Shown here one piece after another: positions 62,170-64,000 of a stretch of DNA of 64,000 nt (positions are counted from its first letter, which is position 1; each line of letters begins with the position of its first letter). Where the stretch lies: contig CBDCUI010000008.1 in NCBI GenBank assembly GCA_965222615.1, forward strand, positions 448,001-512,000, in the 5' to 3' direction. A program made the position numbers and the translations under genes. The notes under the pieces were generated by a model. That model was given only the letters and a program-made list of their open reading frames with translations, was not told the DNA's origin and searched no databases. This DNA is from Gammaproteobacteria bacterium (GTDB lineage Bacteria > Pseudomonadota > Gammaproteobacteria > UBA4575).

Positions 62170-64000
62170 ATGGCGTTATTACAAATTTCTGAACCTGGTC
62201 AGTCAACAGCACCGCATGAACATCGGCTTGCAGCAGGTATCGACTTAGGTACGACAAACTCACTCGTAGCAAGTGTTCGTAGTGGGGTAGCACAAACACT
62301 GGCAGACGAAAAAGGCACTCATATTTTACCGTCGGTGGTTCGCTATTGTGATACGGGTGAAGTGATGCTAGGAGTGCAGGCCCTTGAGCACAGCCACTCT
62401 GATCCATTAAATACGATCGCGTCGGTAAAACGAATCATGGGAAGATCGGTGCAAGATCTTGCTACCTTACAAGGCTATTTGCCCTATCAATTTGTAGATC
62501 AAAATAGCAATGTGCCACGCATACAAACGGTGGCTGGTGTTGTGACACCTGTTGAGGTATCTGCTGAAATTTTAAAAGCGCTACGTCATCGTGCAGAAGC
62601 TAGTCTTGGTGGCGAGCTTGCAGGTGTTGTGATTACTGTGCCGGCATATTTTGATGATGCGCAACGTCAAGCAACTAAAGACGCTGCGAAACTTGCTGGC
62701 TTGAATGTATTTCGTTTACTCAATGAGCCAACGGCAGCAGCAGTTGCGTATGGTCTTGACCAGCAGGCCCAAGGGGTAACAGCAGTTTATGATTTGGGTG
62801 GCGGGACGTTTGATATTTCCATACTGAAACTTACTAAGGGTGTGTTCGAAGTATTAGCAACGGGTGGGGATACGGCATTGGGTGGGGATGATTTTGATCG
62901 AGAATTAGCCGCCTGGATATTACAGAAAATAAATTCAACAATTGATGACGACCATCCATTCATGCGTCGTGTAATGAGTGAAGCACGACGTGTAAAAGAA
63001 GTGCTTACAGATTCTGAAAACGCAGCAATTCGATTACAACTCAAAGATGGCTCATTTTTTGAAGACGAAATAACACGACCACAATTTGAGGAACTGATTG
63101 ATAGCTATGTTAAAAAAACCATTAACTGGTGTCGCAAAACGATACGGGCTGCAAATATTGAGGTCACCGATGTAGAGCATGTCGTTATGGTAGGGGGCTC
63201 AACGCGTACCCCCTATGTTCGCAATCAAGTCGAGGCATTCTTTGGTAAGCCGCCTTTAACAAATATAGATCCAGATAAAGTGGTTGCAATTGGTGCTGCG
63301 CAACAAGCGGATGTTCTTGCCGGAAATAAACCTAATGATGAGATGCTTTTACTTGATGTGTTACCACTTTCTCTTGGTATCGAAACAATGGGTGAGTTGG
63401 TTGAGAAAATCATTGAGCGCAATACAGTAATCCCAGTTGCTCGGGCACAAGAATTTACTACTTTTAAAGATGGGCAGACTGCTATGCGTATACATGTGCT
63501 TCAAGGAGAGCGCGAAAAAGTTAAAGATTGTCGTTCACTTGCAAAGTTTAATTTAACCAATATTCCACCTATGGTAGCGGGAGCAGCACATATTAAAGTT
63601 ACTTTTCAAGTTGATGCGGATGGATTATTGAGTGTGCATGCAGAAGAGCAAACAAGTGGTGCACACGCAGGTGTTGAAGTGAAGCCATCCTATGGGCTTA
63701 CAGATTCTGAAATTGAAACTATGCTAAAAGACTCTATTGAACATGCACAAGATGATATGTCTGTAAGGCAATTAGTTGAGCAACAAGTTGAAGCAGATCG
63801 AGTTTTACAGGCACTGCATGCAGCATTGACAAAAGATGGTAATGAGTTGCTTAGTGAAGAGGAGAAAACAAAAATAGAAATTGCAAAAGAAAAATTAGTA
63901 GCTGCACGACGAGGCAAAGATACTGAATTGATTAAACAGTCTATCAAAAAGCTGGAACAAGCAAGCGAAGAATTTATTGCGCGTCGTATGAATCGAAGTG
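62170..64000 (+). CDS. hscA: Fe-S chaperone HscA (runs off the window end)
   Basis: ATG 62170 [41 protein letters not shown]; absent from the ORF track because there is no stop in the window. Confidence 0.97.
   Translation, partial: MALLQISEPGQSTAPHEHRLAAGIDLGTTNSLVASVRSGVAQTLADEKGTHILPSVVRYCDTGEVMLGVQALEHSHSDPLNTIASVKRIMGRSVQDLATLQGYLPYQFVDQNSNVPRIQTVAGVVTPVEVSAEILKALRHRAEASLGGELAGVVITVPAYFDDAQRQATKDAAKLAGLNVFRLLNEPTAAAVAYGLDQQAQGVTAVYDLGGGTFDISILKLTKGVFEVLATGGDTALGGDDFDRELAAWILQKINSTIDDDHPFMRRVMSEARRVKEVLTDSENAAIRLQLKDGSFFEDEITRPQFEELIDSYVKKTINWCRKTIRAANIEVTDVEHVVMVGGSTRTPYVRNQVEAFFGKPPLTNIDPDKVVAIGAAQQADVLAGNKPNDEMLLLDVLPLSLGIETMGELVEKIIERNTVIPVARAQEFTTFKDGQTAMRIHVLQGEREKVKDCRSLAKFNLTNIPPMVAGAAHIKVTFQVDADGLLSVHAEEQTSGAHAGVEVKPSYGLTDSEIETMLKDSIEHAQDDMSVRQLVEQQVEADRVLQALHAALTKDGNELLSEEEKTKIEIAKEKLVAARRGKDTELIKQSIKKLEQASEEFIARRMNRS

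Noticed and set aside
62168-63947. Four short minus-strand ORFs
   Set aside because: Antisense shadows of hscA; the same applies to the many short ORFs inside housekeeping genes

Overview
AT-rich chromosomal segment of a gammaproteobacterium, mostly conserved housekeeping blocks: pgi 3' end; queG/nnr-tsaE-amiB...mutL-miaA-hfq-hflXKC-yjeT-hisZ-purA; galE; tRNA-Leu/rnr-rlmB-rpsF-rpsR-DUF2232-rplI-dnaB-alr-fadD; ispG; queA-tgt-yajC-secDF; suhB/trmJ-iscRSUA-hscB-hscA (partial). Three intact tRNAs: Leu-CAG, Arg-CCT, Leu-CAA. No CRISPR array, rRNA, transposase or integrase was seen. Accessory features worth follow-up: (1) a three-gene envelope/c-di-GMP operon (coiled-coil protein, membrane BON/OmpA protein with a large cytoplasmic region, GGDEF-degenerate EAL protein) lacking the small GTPase I would expect with it; (2) mosaic arrays of hairpin modules shared downstream of the tRNAs, including a fixed-length stem-loop with compensatory changes; (3) a palindromic miniature-element family with one core and three different terminal inverted repeats, mostly sitting at stop codons; (4) an integrase-less mini-island bounded by a 5' tRNA-Arg fragment; (5) a group I + group II truncated-globin fusion; (6) an ArfA/ArfB-like BON-OmpA plus coiled-coil-HhH pair; (7) a 2H phosphoesterase wedged antisense between purA and galE with no intergenic space. 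All calls come from reading sequence and motifs by eye; no database searches were run.
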